Source: Eledone cirrhosa
Taxonomy: Eukaryota
DNA length: 64,000 bases
NCBI GenBank assembly: GCA_964016885.1
Contig: OZ024751.1
Location: 9,424,001 to 9,488,000, forward strand
Reading direction: 5' to 3'
Made by a program: the position numbers and the translations under genes. The notes beneath the pieces are model-generated. The model was not told the DNA's origin and made no database searches. It saw only the letters and a list, made by a program, of their open reading frames with translations. Positions 17,050 through 31,589 of this stretch are shown here, in pieces (position 1 is the first letter of the stretch; each line of letters begins with the position of its first letter).

Positions 17050-17345
17050 TGTTATATTTGGGGAGGGTCATATTTGCGTAATATTGCCAGAATTAATAAC
17101 AGAACACACTCACTGTTTGGTTGGTTTTCGCTTCTCGCTGTCTTTTATATATATATATCTGCGATCTAACTTACTCGGTCCTCAATGTTGCCATTGACTG
17201 ACCGGCGGTCAAAAATAATACAAATACAATATAGACACAAACACATATATATAGTTTACATAATTTACATAAATCTTTCGTTGCACATCTGCAACATCGT
17301 CAGTGGTGTTATATTCATTGTTCCTCCTGTTGTGTTGTATGTCTA
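17048..17345 (-). mobile_element. Solo pseudo-LTR of the PLE family at 60362-63796, with HHR at ~17266-17306
   Basis: Matches 63560-63796 and 47353-47630; minus strand CA-CTGACGA-T-GTTGCA-GATG-TGCAAC-GAAA-GATT-TA-TG. Confidence 0.85.
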
Positions 17346-17569
17346 CGCCATTTTTATATATACATATATATTTATATATACACACACATATATATATGTG
17401 TGTATGTGTATACAGACACATATATATATCCTAATATCTGATTCCATTTCTCTCTCTCTCTCTCTTTCACCGCTATCACTCGCTCTCTCTCCCTCTCTCT
17501 CTCTGTATGGAAAGAGAGAGGGGAGTTAAATAAGCAATTATATAGAGAGAATTAAACGCTGATAACAAT

Positions 17570-17755
17570 GCTAATGGTTTCTGACTTAAACACAAGGCCA
17601 GCACTTTGGGGAGGGGAAGTGGATTAAATCGACCCCATAAGGATGAATGGCGATGCTAACCTAGGCGGAATATGAGCTCAGAACGTAAAGGGCCGTAACC
17701 TCACGCCGCATAACATGGTCTTCAATGCCCTACTGAATCTATTAATCTACCGCCC
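17570..17755 (-). mobile_element. SINE S1, diverged
   Basis: CACAAGGCCAGCA..ATCGACCCCATAAGGATGAATGGC..GAGCTCAGAACGTAAAGGGCCGTAAC. Confidence 0.65.
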
Positions 17756-18752
17756 TACATAAAACAATAATAATTCAATAGGAATTAAGAGTAGCCCGAT
17801 TGAAGAAATTCGAGAGATTTTGTGAAGGCAGAAACTTAAGAAAATTAAATATGATGAAATATTGGTGTGAAATACTGTGGTGTTATATATTTTTGAAAGG
17901 ATTTGATAATTTCAGCATATAATTATTTATGTCCGTTTCCTGTATTAAGATAATACTATTACTGAATAGGATGCTCCAGGAAGACAAAACAGTAACAACA
18001 ACAGCAATAATTTCGAGTGTAAAAATCAGTGAAAGGGAAAAGAATAATTCTGTTATATTATCAAATAGCTTATAGTAAGAAAATACAGAAAAAAAATAAA
18101 AATATATGTATACGTATATATATGTGTGTGTGTGTATTTGTGTGCGTGTGTAGGTATGCTTATGTGTGTGTGTGTTTGTGTGTCCATATATGTGCAGTAG
18201 GAAGATTTATACTTTGTAGAGATAAGAGATGATTTATTACGAGAGCGTTATAATCTAGAATAAAGGACGTCCGGAGAAGCAAAAGTGTTGGCTTTTTGTT
18301 GTACTTAGGGGAGAGAGGAACTAAGTAAACGAGAAGGAGGTGGACGATGAGGTGGGGAGAGAGGAAAATTGTGAAGAATGGTTACAGATGTGATTTCCAG
18401 TTAGTTGCAAACAAAAAGCAGTCAAGAAGAAAGATAAGTCGTTTGAGACGGTTTAAGGACAACGGAGATTTTTTTATATTTTTGTTTTGACATTTTTTAT
18501 TATTAATTTTGTTGTTGTTTTTATTATTTTAGAGCTTTTTTTTTTCTTTTCTTCTCTTTTTCTGTATTTTCCTCTATTGATAACCTGAACTTAAAATCGA
18601 AACCACAGAATAGGTAATGAGTTAGACTACGATGTGGTACGAATACCAAGATTACTGGGTGTGAATCTGGCAAGGTTTATATCGCTATTTCTCCTAGGTT
18701 TCTTGTTGTTTTATCTTTCTACCATGTTTCAGTTGGAAATAGTTAATGTAAA

Positions 18753-18792
<40 letters not shown>

Positions 18793-19175
18793 TATATATA
18801 TGTGTGTGTGTGGGTGTGTGTGTCTGTGTGTGTGTGTATGTGTGTGGTTAACTAAACGGAAGGGACAGTTCTATACATTAATTAGTAAACCACAAATCAA
18901 AGGAATATATATATATGGTGAACTCTCCCGTCGGTTTCGACGTATGAGTATCCGAACAACCTATTTAATTCATTCAGTTTGGATGTTTATATCGGGAATT
19001 ACATTTTAGACCTGCCAAGGATCTGCAAATAAGTCCCTCAGATCCAACGAAGTTGGGGTTATCTGGTTAATGTTACTGCTATGTTTGATAATGTTTCCTC
19101 CCCCTCTCTTGCTTCTTGTAGCCTATGGATACAACCGGACTCGGACTTCTTAATCCTATTAAGACACATAGATCT

Positions 19176-19224
<49 letters not shown>

Positions 19225-19559
19225 ACTGTTGGTTCCCAAACTTGGGAACTCCATGGATCATCGTTACTATATTACCACGACCAGCTGTGACATACTACCG
19301 TGTAATTATGCATATAAACAATTGTTGTAATTGCCATTAGGAAGGTATTGGCAGTGTCGAGTTCCCGCCCATATTACCTTAGAGTGCGATAAAATAAAGT
19401 CCCAGTTATAATCGGCTACTGCCTTCCCTTTCAAATTGCTGACCTTGTGCCAAAAGTAGAAACAATTATTTGAAGTAGTAGTAGTTTTGGTGGTGGTAAC
19501 AGTAACAGTTGCTGCAGCAGAGGCAGCAGTAGTAGTAAAAGAACCAATAGTACTACTAA

Positions 19560-19700
19560 TAATAATGGATTCTGATTTAGGCACAAGGCCAGCAATTTTA
19601 GGGGAAGGGAATGTCGATTAAATTGGTACTTTATTTTATCGACCCCGTAAGGATTAAAGACAAAGCTAATCTCGGTGGGATTTGAACTCAGAACATTCAA
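19560..19700 (-). mobile_element. SINE S1 partial (another partial + copy at ~19350-19470)
   Basis: GGCACAAGGCCAGCAATTTT..GGTACTTTATTTTATCGACCCCGTAAGG..GATTTGAACTCAG. Confidence 0.7.
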
Positions 19701-22021
19701 ATGCTTATTTATCTCCCCTCTCTTTCCATACAGAAAGAGAGGGGGAGAGAGAGCGAGTGATAGCGGTGAAAAAGAGAGTGAGAGAGAAATGGAATAAGAT
19801 TTGCCTTTCATCCCTATACTAGTAATAATTTATTTTAATCATATTTTTAACAATACCTCTTCTACTTCTACTGTAGTGCTCATAATGTGGCAAAGAGCAG
19901 CATATATTGCTAGTTACTAAAACTAATCGCACGCCTACAAGTGACTGTTGGCGCGTATTGTTGTTTATGATGTAACTATAGCTAGTAATCTCTACATCCG
20001 GTCATCAATAGAGATATGGTAATTAGCAAATGGTTGCAGTTGTTGGTGTTAGGAGTTTTTACTGTCTTTTGCTGTTTCTGCCGCTGAAGATGATGATGGT
20101 TATTATGGAAATGATGTAATGATTTTGAATATTTTACCAATGCTAAATGTACTAACTAAACTCTTTAATGCTGCTGCAAAAGATGCTGGTTTCTAAGCTG
20201 TCTTTTCTTTTTTTGTTTGTTACTTTGGGAAGATTTCTAGCCTCGAGTGCAACAGAACGCTGCAACTCTATCTCATTATCTAGTTTGATTCTGTTGCACC
20301 CAACAAGAGACATGTTGATTGAATAACCATATTGATAAAGTTTGACAGAAAAGACAATTTACAATAAATTATGAGATAAACAAATGTAGCATATATCATT
20401 ATTAATTTAATAATAATTTAAGAAGAGCAGAAAAACTACTCATAGAAATGTTTTGCGAATTTGAATTATGGCAATTTTCCTTCTTTTTTTTTTCATAAAT
20501 ATGATAAATGCAGTAGGAGTACACATTGAGAAATAACAATTTTTGACATTGATATTTCTATATATGTCCCTCGTAATAGCTAGGATAATTTTATAACTAG
20601 TGTACAGTGTGATATAAAACATCACCAGATTAGAAACATTGGCATGACTCATGTTTTAGTTGTCAAATATTGATTCAGATCGCCACTTATTAACACAAAC
20701 CTGCAGGCTTTTGCTAGGATAGAAATATAGTAGGTTGAAAGTACTTCAACATATGCCTAATAATCATTTTATTGATCTTACAGAGCAGTAATCCAAGGTC
20801 AAATAAAACAGGATTTAATATCAAAACATGGAGGTATTATACAAAGTTATTCAGGTAGAGAGAACAGTAATTCGGGCTTTCACAGACCCCAACCACACTA
20901 ATACGTTTGAATTGCTTGATACTCAGCTGGAATATTCAACAGAATATGAATTCATGCGTAATAGTTCATTTTCATCGAAGTTAGCTTCTGATGACTTTCG
21001 ATTTTCTCTTGATCCAGGCTCAGTTCACTGTAGAGTATGAATGACTTGGTATAAAGAATAAACGTCACAAAACCTCATTATCGCTTTCCATATAATGTTG
21101 GGATTTTATGCCGAGCCAAACAAAAACCCAATAGTGTAATCCTAAATAAAGAGCAATTAAGTCGCTAGGAACGTTAGAACACTCGAATAAATGCTTTATG
21201 GTATATATTTCTGAACATCTTCTATATGTCAATTACAGCTCTGTTTGGTTATATCTCCCTCTGGCTTGTACTTTCATCGATCGGAATTAACCAGCAACAT
21301 ACTGAATTGATTCCATCGATTATTTTTCTTACATTATAAGGAATGGCCTTTTGATTCGTTAGAATAAAATCAATATCATATTCCTAAATATGCTTAACGA
21401 ATGTCATAGATTAACAACGATTTATGCTCCTAGAAAATATGACACCACACCCGGCTTAGTTCCGCTCCCAATTCATGTAATTTCACTTCATTTATTATGT
21501 TAATATCCAAAACAAAAAAGACTTATAAAGGTCACAAATCTCTTTGCTCACACTGAAATATATAATAATATAGACTTCGATTGGAGTCAAAAGGAAATAA
21601 ATATGATGCATTGCTACATGTTTTAAATCTTAAGTAATTCTATATCGGTTGATTGAGTCGTCTTACAGTTCACATACACCATAATATCGCAGTATCTTCT
21701 CCCAAACTGCATTTAAGATAGATGAAGTAGAAATATGTCAACGAAGTCTATGCATATGTTCAGTACCCTGACAGTATTGATAATGAATAAATTATATGTT
21801 GTTATTATAGCTGTTTAACTATACATGAGCTCAAATTGAACAGACATGTGAGGAAATACTTTACAAAGTTGTTAATACCTTCTTTTATTCAAACATGCTA
21901 CATTTAATATTACAGAATCTAGTGTAATGTCCTTAGAGATGGTCTTGGATTCCCTGTCTATAGTATAAAAACGTGACCGTCACGGCTAGAATGCTGTGGT
22001 CAATAATATGTATTTCTATTT

Positions 22022-22290
22022 GTGCGTGGCCTAGTAAGGGTGTTGGACTTACAACCATAATATCTTGGGTTCGAATTCTGGACTAGGTTGTGTGATGTGT
22101 CCTTGAACAAAACTTCATTTCACGTTGCTCCAAGTATACACAGCTGAAAATGAGTACCAGCAATAGCTGGGAGTTTAACCCTGCGATGGACTAGCGTCCT
22201 ATCCAGGAGTGGATCTTTTACTCTCCATCGTTTCTCGACACCAAACCGGGATAAGCACCGACCTAACGAGCCTTCTTGCTTGACATAGTC
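22022..22290 (+). mobile_element. tRNA-derived CORE-type SINE (family S2)
   Basis: GCGTGGCCTAGT..GGTTCGAATTC..GTGTCCTTGAACAA..TTTCACGTTGCTCC..AAATGAGTACC; related to 43657-43775. Confidence 0.65.
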
Positions 22291-24237
22291 TTTTGACTAA
22301 AGACTTAAAAGAGCGGTTGAGTTGAATACACAATAATACACTCCACACAAGACTCTGCATTGTTTAATTCTTTAGTATTTACATTAATCTATATGTACTA
22401 TTGTATTTTCACGGTAAACACTTTATCTCACATAATTATCTCACATGATATTGAATCTACTAGACTTTGATATTATTTATTTTGAGAAACAATACCTTAA
22501 CATAAGTATGAGCATCCGGTTACAGCGTGTTTGAACAGAACGAAGTGAGGGAATTCTGGCCGGATATGGCCGGTTCAAATGCTAAAGCGTTAAATCCAAC
22601 CATTTACATTCTTGGTGCAAAACTATAAACAGCCAAGTAATATACACACACTTGTAATCGACTAAACTCAACTCCAACCAATTTATATGCCAAAGCTATG
22701 GATCAATAATACATCATTTCAATGTAATTAATTATAGCCGTTCATTATTAACTTGTTTTCTTTTAGTGTTCTTTGATTTTTAAAAACTTTTCTTTAACGT
22801 TTGTCCTTTGGTTATATTATCCCAGTGTAGCAGGCCACGATTAGTACATCGACTTAAATTAATAGTTATTTCTTTCATAATTGGTCACATCAGTAGTTTG
22901 CCATTTATACCATTACCTCAGTCCTTCCTGTCCTGACTAACGAAGAATATATTTCGGTCTTTGAACACCATTGCCGCATAGCATTTCATTTCATATGCTT
23001 AGTAGTCAACGAATTACTTCAATTTCATCAAATGTCATTCTCCTTTCGATAATTATATTACAAAATGCTGCTTTTTTACCTTTTGTATGACGTTAGTCGG
23101 TGTTACTTTGATATTTCGGATTACTTAAATGTCATGCTGTTCTTTGACTCATATTTTCAGCTCAGGTATAGTGTTCATTAAAATTAATTCAATAGATCTA
23201 ATTTGTTTCCTTCGCAATGAATGTTTCTTAGATTTAATGAACTTTTGATATTTTTTCATTAACAAACCAGCATGTTTAATTATACCCCCATCGAAGTTTA
23301 CTTCAATTCTACTACATATAATCATTTCAATTATTTCACCACCACTCCATTCCTTTTAGTTTTGATATTTTCTTTCACCAAGTCTCACCAAGGTGACCTT
23401 TATCGCAATCTTCATAATTTTTCTACCAATTGAGATTGTAAGTTTACTTAATGGTTATAATATGACACTGGAATCTTAGCATAGTAATAACGGTTTCGTA
23501 TTCTGTAACGTTCAACTCAATTGAACCCTCTTAATTTATTAAAATATATTGTTTCTTTTTTCCTTCTTCCTCTATTTTCCTCCTCTTTACTTTTTCTATC
23601 ACACTATTCTCCTCCTTGTTCTGAATTTTTCTGTTCCTACTACTACTTCTATTTGAACTCACACCTGATTGGATCATGGTGATTCTCTTATTATTCTGAC
23701 GCAATGAGTTCAATATGACGTAGGTGGTTAAGATGGGTGAGGTAATAAAATTACCAAATCTGGAGCTCAGGTTATTGAGGAGAATCACTGAAGGACTCGA
23801 CTTAACTCTGAACACTCAGTATTATGATGAATGTAAATAAACTTACTCATTTATAGTTTTGTGGACTGGACCAGTGAGAGTGTGGTGTCTTAACCAGGGA
23901 AATCACACAGTTAACGTCATAGTATATAAATATTTTACTCTTTAGCTGAAAGCCACGAATACAATCAATTTAGCGATGTGAAATTATGCAGCACGCAAGA
24001 GACATTTTGTTTTTTTAATGTTTCATGTAATTTGCTAGACAGTTTCTGATAAGCAACTATAAAATACTGGTATATTTTTGTAAGCCATTTATGATGTATA
24101 ATATGGTTAGTAAATGTATGAGCAAGTGTACTATCAGAAGTTTCTAGATACTGTAAGGACTATCAGTTTGACAAATTTGATATGACGAAGAACCAGTAGT
24201 GTAGGTTGTGGTTATCGTAAACATTCTGAAAATCAAC

Positions 24238-24453
24238 AATCCAAGGACTCAAAAATGGTTTTGATTCTCCTCTGATCGTTTCTTAAACCGGCGGTTAAGG
24301 CTGAATTCTAAAGATTTACAGATCACCTGAATTCAGTAGAATTCCAGGGAGTCAAAAATGGTTTTAATTCTCCTGTGGTTATTTCTTAAACCGGTGGTTA
24401 ATGCTGGATTCTGAAGTATTAAGCTGTTGAGATTACCTGAATTCGGTAGAATT
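24238..24453. repeat. Diverged ~105-bp tandem duplication
   Basis: TCAAAAATGGTTTT.ATTCTCCT..TTTCTTAAACCGG.GGTTAA occurs twice. Confidence 0.75.
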
Positions 24454-25611
24454 GTACTTACTAACAGTTGTACACTGATAGAGGATATGTGGTGAAGATT
24501 TGATTTGGCTACCAAAGACTAAATATACATATTTTACAAAGCAGCAAAATCGTTAGAACTGTGGCAAAAATATTCTAGGGGTATTTCGTCAAGGTCATTA
24601 TGTTCTTAGTTCAAATCCTACCGAGCTCAATATTTAGAATAAGAAGTGAAATAAGGGAAATCCTTGGCCACGGAGTAAATTACAAATAGTTGGGACTGGA
24701 TAGTCTGGTCCACACATTCTGTTAGTCCATAACATAGATGTCCACGCCTGATAGCAAATAGATTTTCCAAGGAGCGGTAGGCTGCAGATTCATAAGAAGC
24801 ACAGAAAAGTGGCATATAATCGATAATTGTATGCCTATTACTGTACGATTTATAAAATAAGAAATGTTAGTAGGTACTAACTGAAATGATGGAGTTTGTT
24901 TGAATCAATTTAACGGCCAGTTCTCAGATCAACAAAGGCTTGAATAAATTAGATATCTTTGGCGGTTTCTGTATATTTTCACTTTGGAGATCCTACAGCG
25001 GAATCATGTGTAATTGTTATAGCATATCAGTTGATTCGGGTGATGCCTGGAGGAAATGTTTTGATATGTTTACTTAACTTCTATTACGATGATCAAGTAT
25101 CTTCAACATCAAAATTACCTTTCATTTTTCCATGGCTGATAATATGTTTCCGAGTTCAGAAGTAGAATGTTTTAAGTCAGCTACACATGTATCCGAAAAG
25201 TTGAGTCTTTGTGTTAAATGTTAAATTCAGACATCCTCATTAAGACAGATTAAGGCAGATTTGTTAAAGAGAACTACAAATGCATAGTATAGTTTACTCT
25301 AGATCATTGTGTTCTGAGCTCAAATCCCGCCGAGGTCGGCTTTGCCTTTAATCCTTCCGCTCTCAATAACTACTAAGTACTAGGGTCGATATAATGCACT
25401 TGTCCTTACCCACAAAATTGTTGGCCTTGTGTCGGAATTAAGAACAATTATAAAGACAGATGAACGAATGAACTGAAACAGAATTGGAATAAATATATTA
25501 ACATTTAGTTGCCTCGCTTATGCTCTGAGTTCAAATACTTCTGGTATATTTACTATACTTGCGTCAAATACAACATTTCCTCTTCCAGCTCAGTATTAAT
25601 GTCATGAATTA

Positions 25612-25828
25612 TGGATTGGCAGTATCGGTAGAGCACCGGACACAATGCTTCGCGGCATAGAGTTACAGCCCTTGACAATCCGATTTCAAATCCCACCGAG
25701 GTTAGCTTTGCTTTTCATCCTTACGGAGTCGATAAAATAAAGTACTAGTAACCACTGGGGTCGATTTAATCGACTTTCAGCTCCCCTGAAAATTGCTGGC
25801 CTTGTCCCTAAAGTAGAAACAATTATTA
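25612..25828 (+). mobile_element. SINE S1 full length
   Basis: Matches 3738-3958. Confidence 0.85.
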
Positions 25829-26602
25829 GTTGATATTAATGTGGATCTAAGTTGTTGACAGAGCTATATATAGGGTTTAATCGTATTTAGATATTTCAGC
25901 AGACATCCAGTTGAATATCATCAGTTTCTAGGCATCTCCGATTTTGAAGCCAAGGAACCATCAAAGCTATTTCTATATATATTGTTTTACTCAATACCAA
26001 TATTCGATTAGTGACAGATAATAGGATACGGGAGTTTTTCATCTATCTGGTAAGTGTTTTAATGTCAGTGGGTGGAATAGAAACATCCAGCTGTGTGAAG
26101 AAATACCATGTTAAGACTCTAACTTGTAAATATTGTCTGTCAACAAGAGCTGTAAAGAATGACAATATAACTCGCTGCTTAACTATATTAGAAAGCATTC
26201 AACTGCATAAAACTAATAACAATATTTGCACATTTCTTCATATTCTGTGAGGCATGTACGTATTTGTTTATCCTTCCGTGAAATAAGGTTAATTTCCTGA
26301 CTGATTCATCATAGATTGCAACATAACACTGGAGAGCTTGTCTCCTATTAAACTACTCACCTAGAACATCTAAATTATATTTGGTGTGACTAGAAAACCA
26401 TTTCAACTATCTTTGGTCTTTGCTAGTCGCGTTTGTGTTAAATAGCTTAGGAAGCAATGAGCCATAAGCTTCACTAGGAAAGAACATTTTGGAGTCATTA
26501 ACAGTAAATATATTTGCCAGTTTAATCTGAAACTATTTGAGTTCTACTTAATTTCTATTCTCATTGAGGTACATACATACACATATATATTTACACGCAC
26601 AC

Positions 26603-26682
<80 letters not shown>

Positions 26683-27479
26683 TCTAAAGCAGGAGAGTTA
26701 TTATCATTAATTCAAATGGTTATTTCATAAATGTTTACTTATTTTTAACATAACTACCTTTTCTGGCTGTTTGTTTCTTTTTTGTTTTCTATTTATCTTG
26801 CAAGCGACTAACATGTCAAATTACTCTATCATCACTGAAAATGATTATTTCAATATACAAGATGAGATCATGTATGATTTGTTTGAAACATTCTTTGCAT
26901 TGATGTTGCAAAAAGATGTTCTAATTCTCTTCTTAACTTCTCCTTTAAATCATCGATTATTGTAATAGAATTTGATGTATCTCTTACTTAGGTTATAAAA
27001 TGAGGTTTCGCTTCGTTTAGCTATAAATTCCACTTTTAGAAAATATTTTATTATATTGTCTATCGTATCCTTCAAACTATCAACTATGCAGTAACAAATC
27101 TACTCTAACTACCCCTGCGTTTCACTGATTTTATTGAGATTCAATATAAGATATCATAACATTTTAACAGTCAAAGTAAAATTGAAATGCCAATACGTTT
27201 TAGCAACGCATTTAAGTGCAACGCATTCATTTATCAATTTCCTGTGTTTGAAAGCAGCAAACGTTTATTGTATTGATAATACAGTAATGGGTCTTCAGTA
27301 TTAATTAGCTATGTTAATTAAATTTAATTTCACTGAGTTCTTTCAGCATAGCTACTGGTGTCGTTTGTCTGTGAATCAACACAACGAGGCAGTGATGGAG
27401 TTAAGAGCTTTAGCTAATTAATGTGTTACAACATTAGATAATTTCACGAACCTTTTGCACCAAATTGTTCTTTTACTTT

Positions 27480-28060
27480 CTCTGAAACAAACTTTCTCAC
27501 CCGTTCTTATTTTCCCTCTCCCGATCACTCTCTTTTTTAATGTATTTTCTCTCTCTCTCTCTTTCCTTTTCTCTCTGTCTTTTTGTCTCTCTTTCTCGCC
27601 CTCATACCTTTTCTTTTTCATTCTCTCTCGTTCTGCCTCTATCACCCTCTTTTTCTCTTTCATTCTCTCTCTCTCTCTGCCTCTATATCAACCTCTTTTT
27701 CTCTTTCATTCTCTTTCTATCCTATCACTCTCTTTGTGTATCTGTCTCATTTTGTACGTTATTCTCTCTCTCCTCCTCTTTCACTCTGTCTTTTTCTTTA
27801 TCACCCTCTTTGTCTCTGTCTTCCTTTGTCCGTCATTCTCTTTGTCCTTTTCTTTGTCACTCTCTCGCTCTCTCTATCTATCTATCTATATATATATATC
27901 TGTCTCTATCACCCTCTCGTTGCCTCTGTTTCCCTTTGTCCGTCATCTCGCTCTCTCCCTCTTTCTCCCTCTCTCTCCCTCTCCCTACCTCTCTCTCTCT
28001 CACGTATTCTATCTGTTATTCTCTCTATCACACCCACTTCTACGGTCTCAATTTCTGTCA
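27480..28060. repeat. Degenerate (CT)n-rich tract
   Basis: Visible; Ser/Leu/Phe-rich ORFs are artefacts. Confidence 0.85.
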
Positions 28061-28299
28061 GATATACATAGCGGTCTGTATATGTTTTCATACATTGTAG
28101 ATTTTAACATAATGCGCTCTACATGTTTACGAAATACAGTACATCTCCCATTCGTACGGTAGCTATTTGATGTAAATATGGCACGAATCACTGAAAGAAA
28201 AGTATCTTTGCTGCTGACACAGTTCATTATAAATTAACATTTGTATGGACATACGTAGTCAATATTTTTTGAGTCGGTTAGCCTAAAAAGAAGGATCCA

Positions 28300-28591
28300 T
28301 CTCTAAGTAACACAGCGGGGCCTTCTGGTGTCTCTAAGTAGCAGTGGAGACGGATGGTACCCTAGTTCCTAGGACCACCTCTCGCAGGTGGGAAGCCCAC
28401 GAGCTGGAATGGCTCTTATAGCGCGTCTTCCTCATCCTCTTCTGGGGAAACGCCTTCTCTATTCTGTTAGCGCGTGGCCCCCTATTGCTCATAATAGTGA
28501 GAGATGGAGAGAGCGGGAGAGAGAGAAGCAATGACAGTGAGACTTTCGTTGCATTGAGTTCGGACCTGGTGTATATGTATATATTTATTTA
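28300..28591 (-). repeat. Dispersed ~280-bp repeat (possible solo LTR)
   Basis: Reverse complement aligns to 7951-8230 (GTTTCC.CAGA..AAGAGCC..GAGGTGG.CCTAGG..GACACCAGA) and begins TGTGA. Confidence 0.6.
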
Positions 28592-28941
28592 CGACATCAC
28601 ATTAACTGTATAGTCTACATTTTCACTGAAATTTTCTTTCATAGAAAGAGGTAACACAAATTCTAAAGCCAACGATACGTTTTTTTACGTGGCAGCCCCA
28701 CTTGACGGAAATAGCAGCCAAATCACCTTCATATAGAATCCTACCGAATTCAAAATGAGAGGACATATTAGATTATTTAATCCTAGATACTCAATGTCTT
28801 CCAAGAAAATGTTAGGTTGATCATGACTAGAACAGATTTGTATCATAGGTCTGTCAAGACAGATAACTAAAATCTGATGTACTTACTCGGAATATATTTC
28901 TTGGTGTAAATCAATTTAATGCTACTATTCTAGTATTATTA

Positions 28942-29150
28942 TTGGCAGTATCGGTAGAGCGTCAGATACCATGTTTCGCGGCATAGAGTTACGGCCCTTT
29001 ACCTTCTGAGTTCAAATTCCCGCCGAAGTTATCTTTGCTTTTCATCCTTACGGGGTCGATAAATAAAGCACCAGTGATGCACTGGGATCAATTTGGTCAA
29101 CTTTCCCCTCCCCATCAAATTGCTGGCCTTGTGTCCAAAGTAGAAACTCT
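28942..29150 (+). mobile_element. SINE S1
   Basis: TTGGCAGTATCGGTAGAGCG...TTGCTGGCCTTGTGTCCAAAGTAGAAAC. Confidence 0.85.
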
Positions 29151-29375
29151 TATACGATTAACTTAATATATACATGCGTCGGTGGCCCGAGTTAATAGGA
29201 GAATTGCAACCATCAGTTTAGAAATAATGGTACTTATTTTAACTGCAGTACACTACTATGGACATGTACAACAATAAGGTGCGGGATGAGGAACAGAGGC
29301 GAAACATTTTACAAACTTATGTATGTAAACAAACTTTTCATCGCTAAATAATGTCGTCATTATTCTTCAATATAT

Positions 29376-29855
29376 GGCGGTGGATTAGCAGTATCGGTAG
29401 AGGGTCGGACGCCATGCTTTCCAGCATAGTTACGTCCCTTTACGATCTGAGTTCAAATCCCGCCGAGGTTGACTTTGCCTTTTATCCTTACGGGGTCGAT
29501 AAAATAAAGTACCAGTAATACACTTGGTAATTGCTGGCCTTGTGCCTAAAGTAGAAACAATAATTCCAGCATAGTTACGTCCCTTTACGATCTGAGTTCA
29601 AATCCCGCCGAGGTTGACTTTGCCTTTCATCCTTACGGGGTCGATAAAATAAAGTACCAGTAATACACTGGGTAATTGCTGGCCTTGTGCCTAAAGTAGA
29701 AACAATAATTCCAGCATAGTTACGTCCCTTTACGATCTGAGTTCAAATCCCGCCGAGGTTGACTTTGCCTTTCATCCTTACGGGGTCGATAAAATAAAGT
29801 ACCAGTAATGCACTGGGTTATTGCTGGCCTTGTGCCTAAAGTAGAAACGATTATT
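29376..29855 (+). mobile_element. SINE S1 with its 3' 145 bp tandemly triplicated
   Basis: CCAGCATAGTTACGTCCC starts at 29421, 29566 and 29711. Confidence 0.9.
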
Positions 29856-29984
29856 CTTCACTATATTAATGATGACGTTATCAGTCCTAAATAATATCAA
29901 AATGATGACGTTAATAATGACGTTATAAGTCGTGAACGTTGTCATAATGACGTTATGAGTTTAAGATATTATAACGGATTAACT

Positions 29985-31180
29985 CTACATATTGTAATGA
30001 AATTATTAATCCTACATATTATAATAAGGAAGTTATTAATCCTACATATTATAATAAGCAAGTCATTAGTCATAGATATTATAATAAGGAAGTTATTAGT
30101 CATAGATATTATAATAAGGAAGTTATTAGTCATAGATATTATAATAAGGAAGTCATTAGTCATAGATATTATAATAAGCAAGTCATTAGTCATAGATATT
30201 ATGATAAGCAAGTCATTAGTCATAGATATTATAATAAGCAAGTCATTAGTCATAGATATTATGATAAGCAAGTCATTAGTCATAGATATTATAATAAGCA
30301 AGTCATTAGTCATAGATACTATAATAAGGAAGTCATTAGTCATAGATATTATAATAAGCAAGTCATTAGTCATAGATATTATGATGAAGTTATTAGTCAT
30401 AGATATTATAATAAGGAAGTTATTAGTCATAGATATTATAATAAGCAAGTCATTAGTCATAGATATTATGATGAAGTTATTAGTCATAGATATTATAATA
30501 AGGAAGTTATTAGTCATAGATATTATAATAAGGAAGTTATTAGTCATAGATATTATAATAAGGAAGTCATTAGTCATAGATATTATAATAAGGAAGTTAT
30601 TAGTCATAGATATTATAATAAGGAAGTCATTAGTCATAGATATTATAATAAGGAAGTCATTAGTCATAGATATTATAATAAGGAAGTTATTAGTCATAGA
30701 TATTATAATAAGGAAGTTATTAGTCATAGATATTATAATAAGGAAGTCATTAGTCATAGATATTATAATAAGGAAGTTATTAGTCATAGATATTATAATA
30801 AGGAAGTTATTAGTCATAGATATTATAATAAGGAAGTTATTAGTCATAGATATTATAATAAGGAAGTCATTAGTCATAGATATTATAATAAGGAAGTTAT
30901 TAGTCATAGATATTATAATAAGGAAGTTATTAGTCATAGATATTATAATAAGGAAGTTATTAGTCATAGATATTATAATAAGGAAGTTATTAGTCATAGA
31001 TATTATAATAAGGAAGTCATTAGTCATAGATATTATAATAAGGAAGTCATTAGTCATAGATATTATAATAAGCAAGTCATTAGTCATAGATATTATAATA
31101 AGGAAGTTATTAGTCATAGATATTATAATAAGGAAGTTATTATTCATATATATTATAATAAGGAAGTTATTATTCACAGA
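29985..31180. repeat. 30-bp minisatellite (~40 units; AGT(C/T)ATTAGTCATAGATATTATAATAAG(G/C)A)
   Basis: Exact 30-nt period with two 27-nt variants. Confidence 0.95.
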
Positions 31181-31352
31181 TAATTGTTTCTACTTTTGGC
31201 ACAAGGCTAGCAATTATCCCGGTGTATTACGGGTACTCTATTTTATCGACCCCATAAGGATGTAAGGCAAAGTTAACCTCAGCGAGATTTAACTCAGACC
31301 GTAACTCTATGCTGCATCAGACCCTCTACCGATACTGCCAATCCATCGCCCT
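31181..31352 (-). mobile_element. SINE S1 within minisatellite (further partial copy at 31388-31445)
   Basis: TAATTGTTTCTACTTTTGGCACAAGG...CTCTACCGATACTGCCAATCCA. Confidence 0.8.
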
Positions 31353-31589
31353 TCACAGATATAATAATAAAGTTACAGATACTATAATAATTGTTACTAC
31401 TTTTGGCACAAGGCCAGCAATTAAATCAGTGTATTTCTGGTACTATAAAAATGAAGTCATTAGTCATAGATTTTATAATAAAGAAGTCATTAGTTCCTTA
31501 TATTGTAATGGGGAAATTGTTATTTCTAGATCTTCTAATAACAACTTATTATTCCTAAATATGTTATGCTAGTGAGGTTATTAGTCCTG

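Noticed and set aside
22556-22593. Possible TTAA-ending DNA transposon terminus
   Set aside because: No matching opposite end found in the window
29955-31265. 436-aa and 402-aa ORFs on opposite strands
   Set aside because: The 30-bp unit is stop-free in one frame per strand; the 10-aa repeat has no coding signature and runs into a SINE
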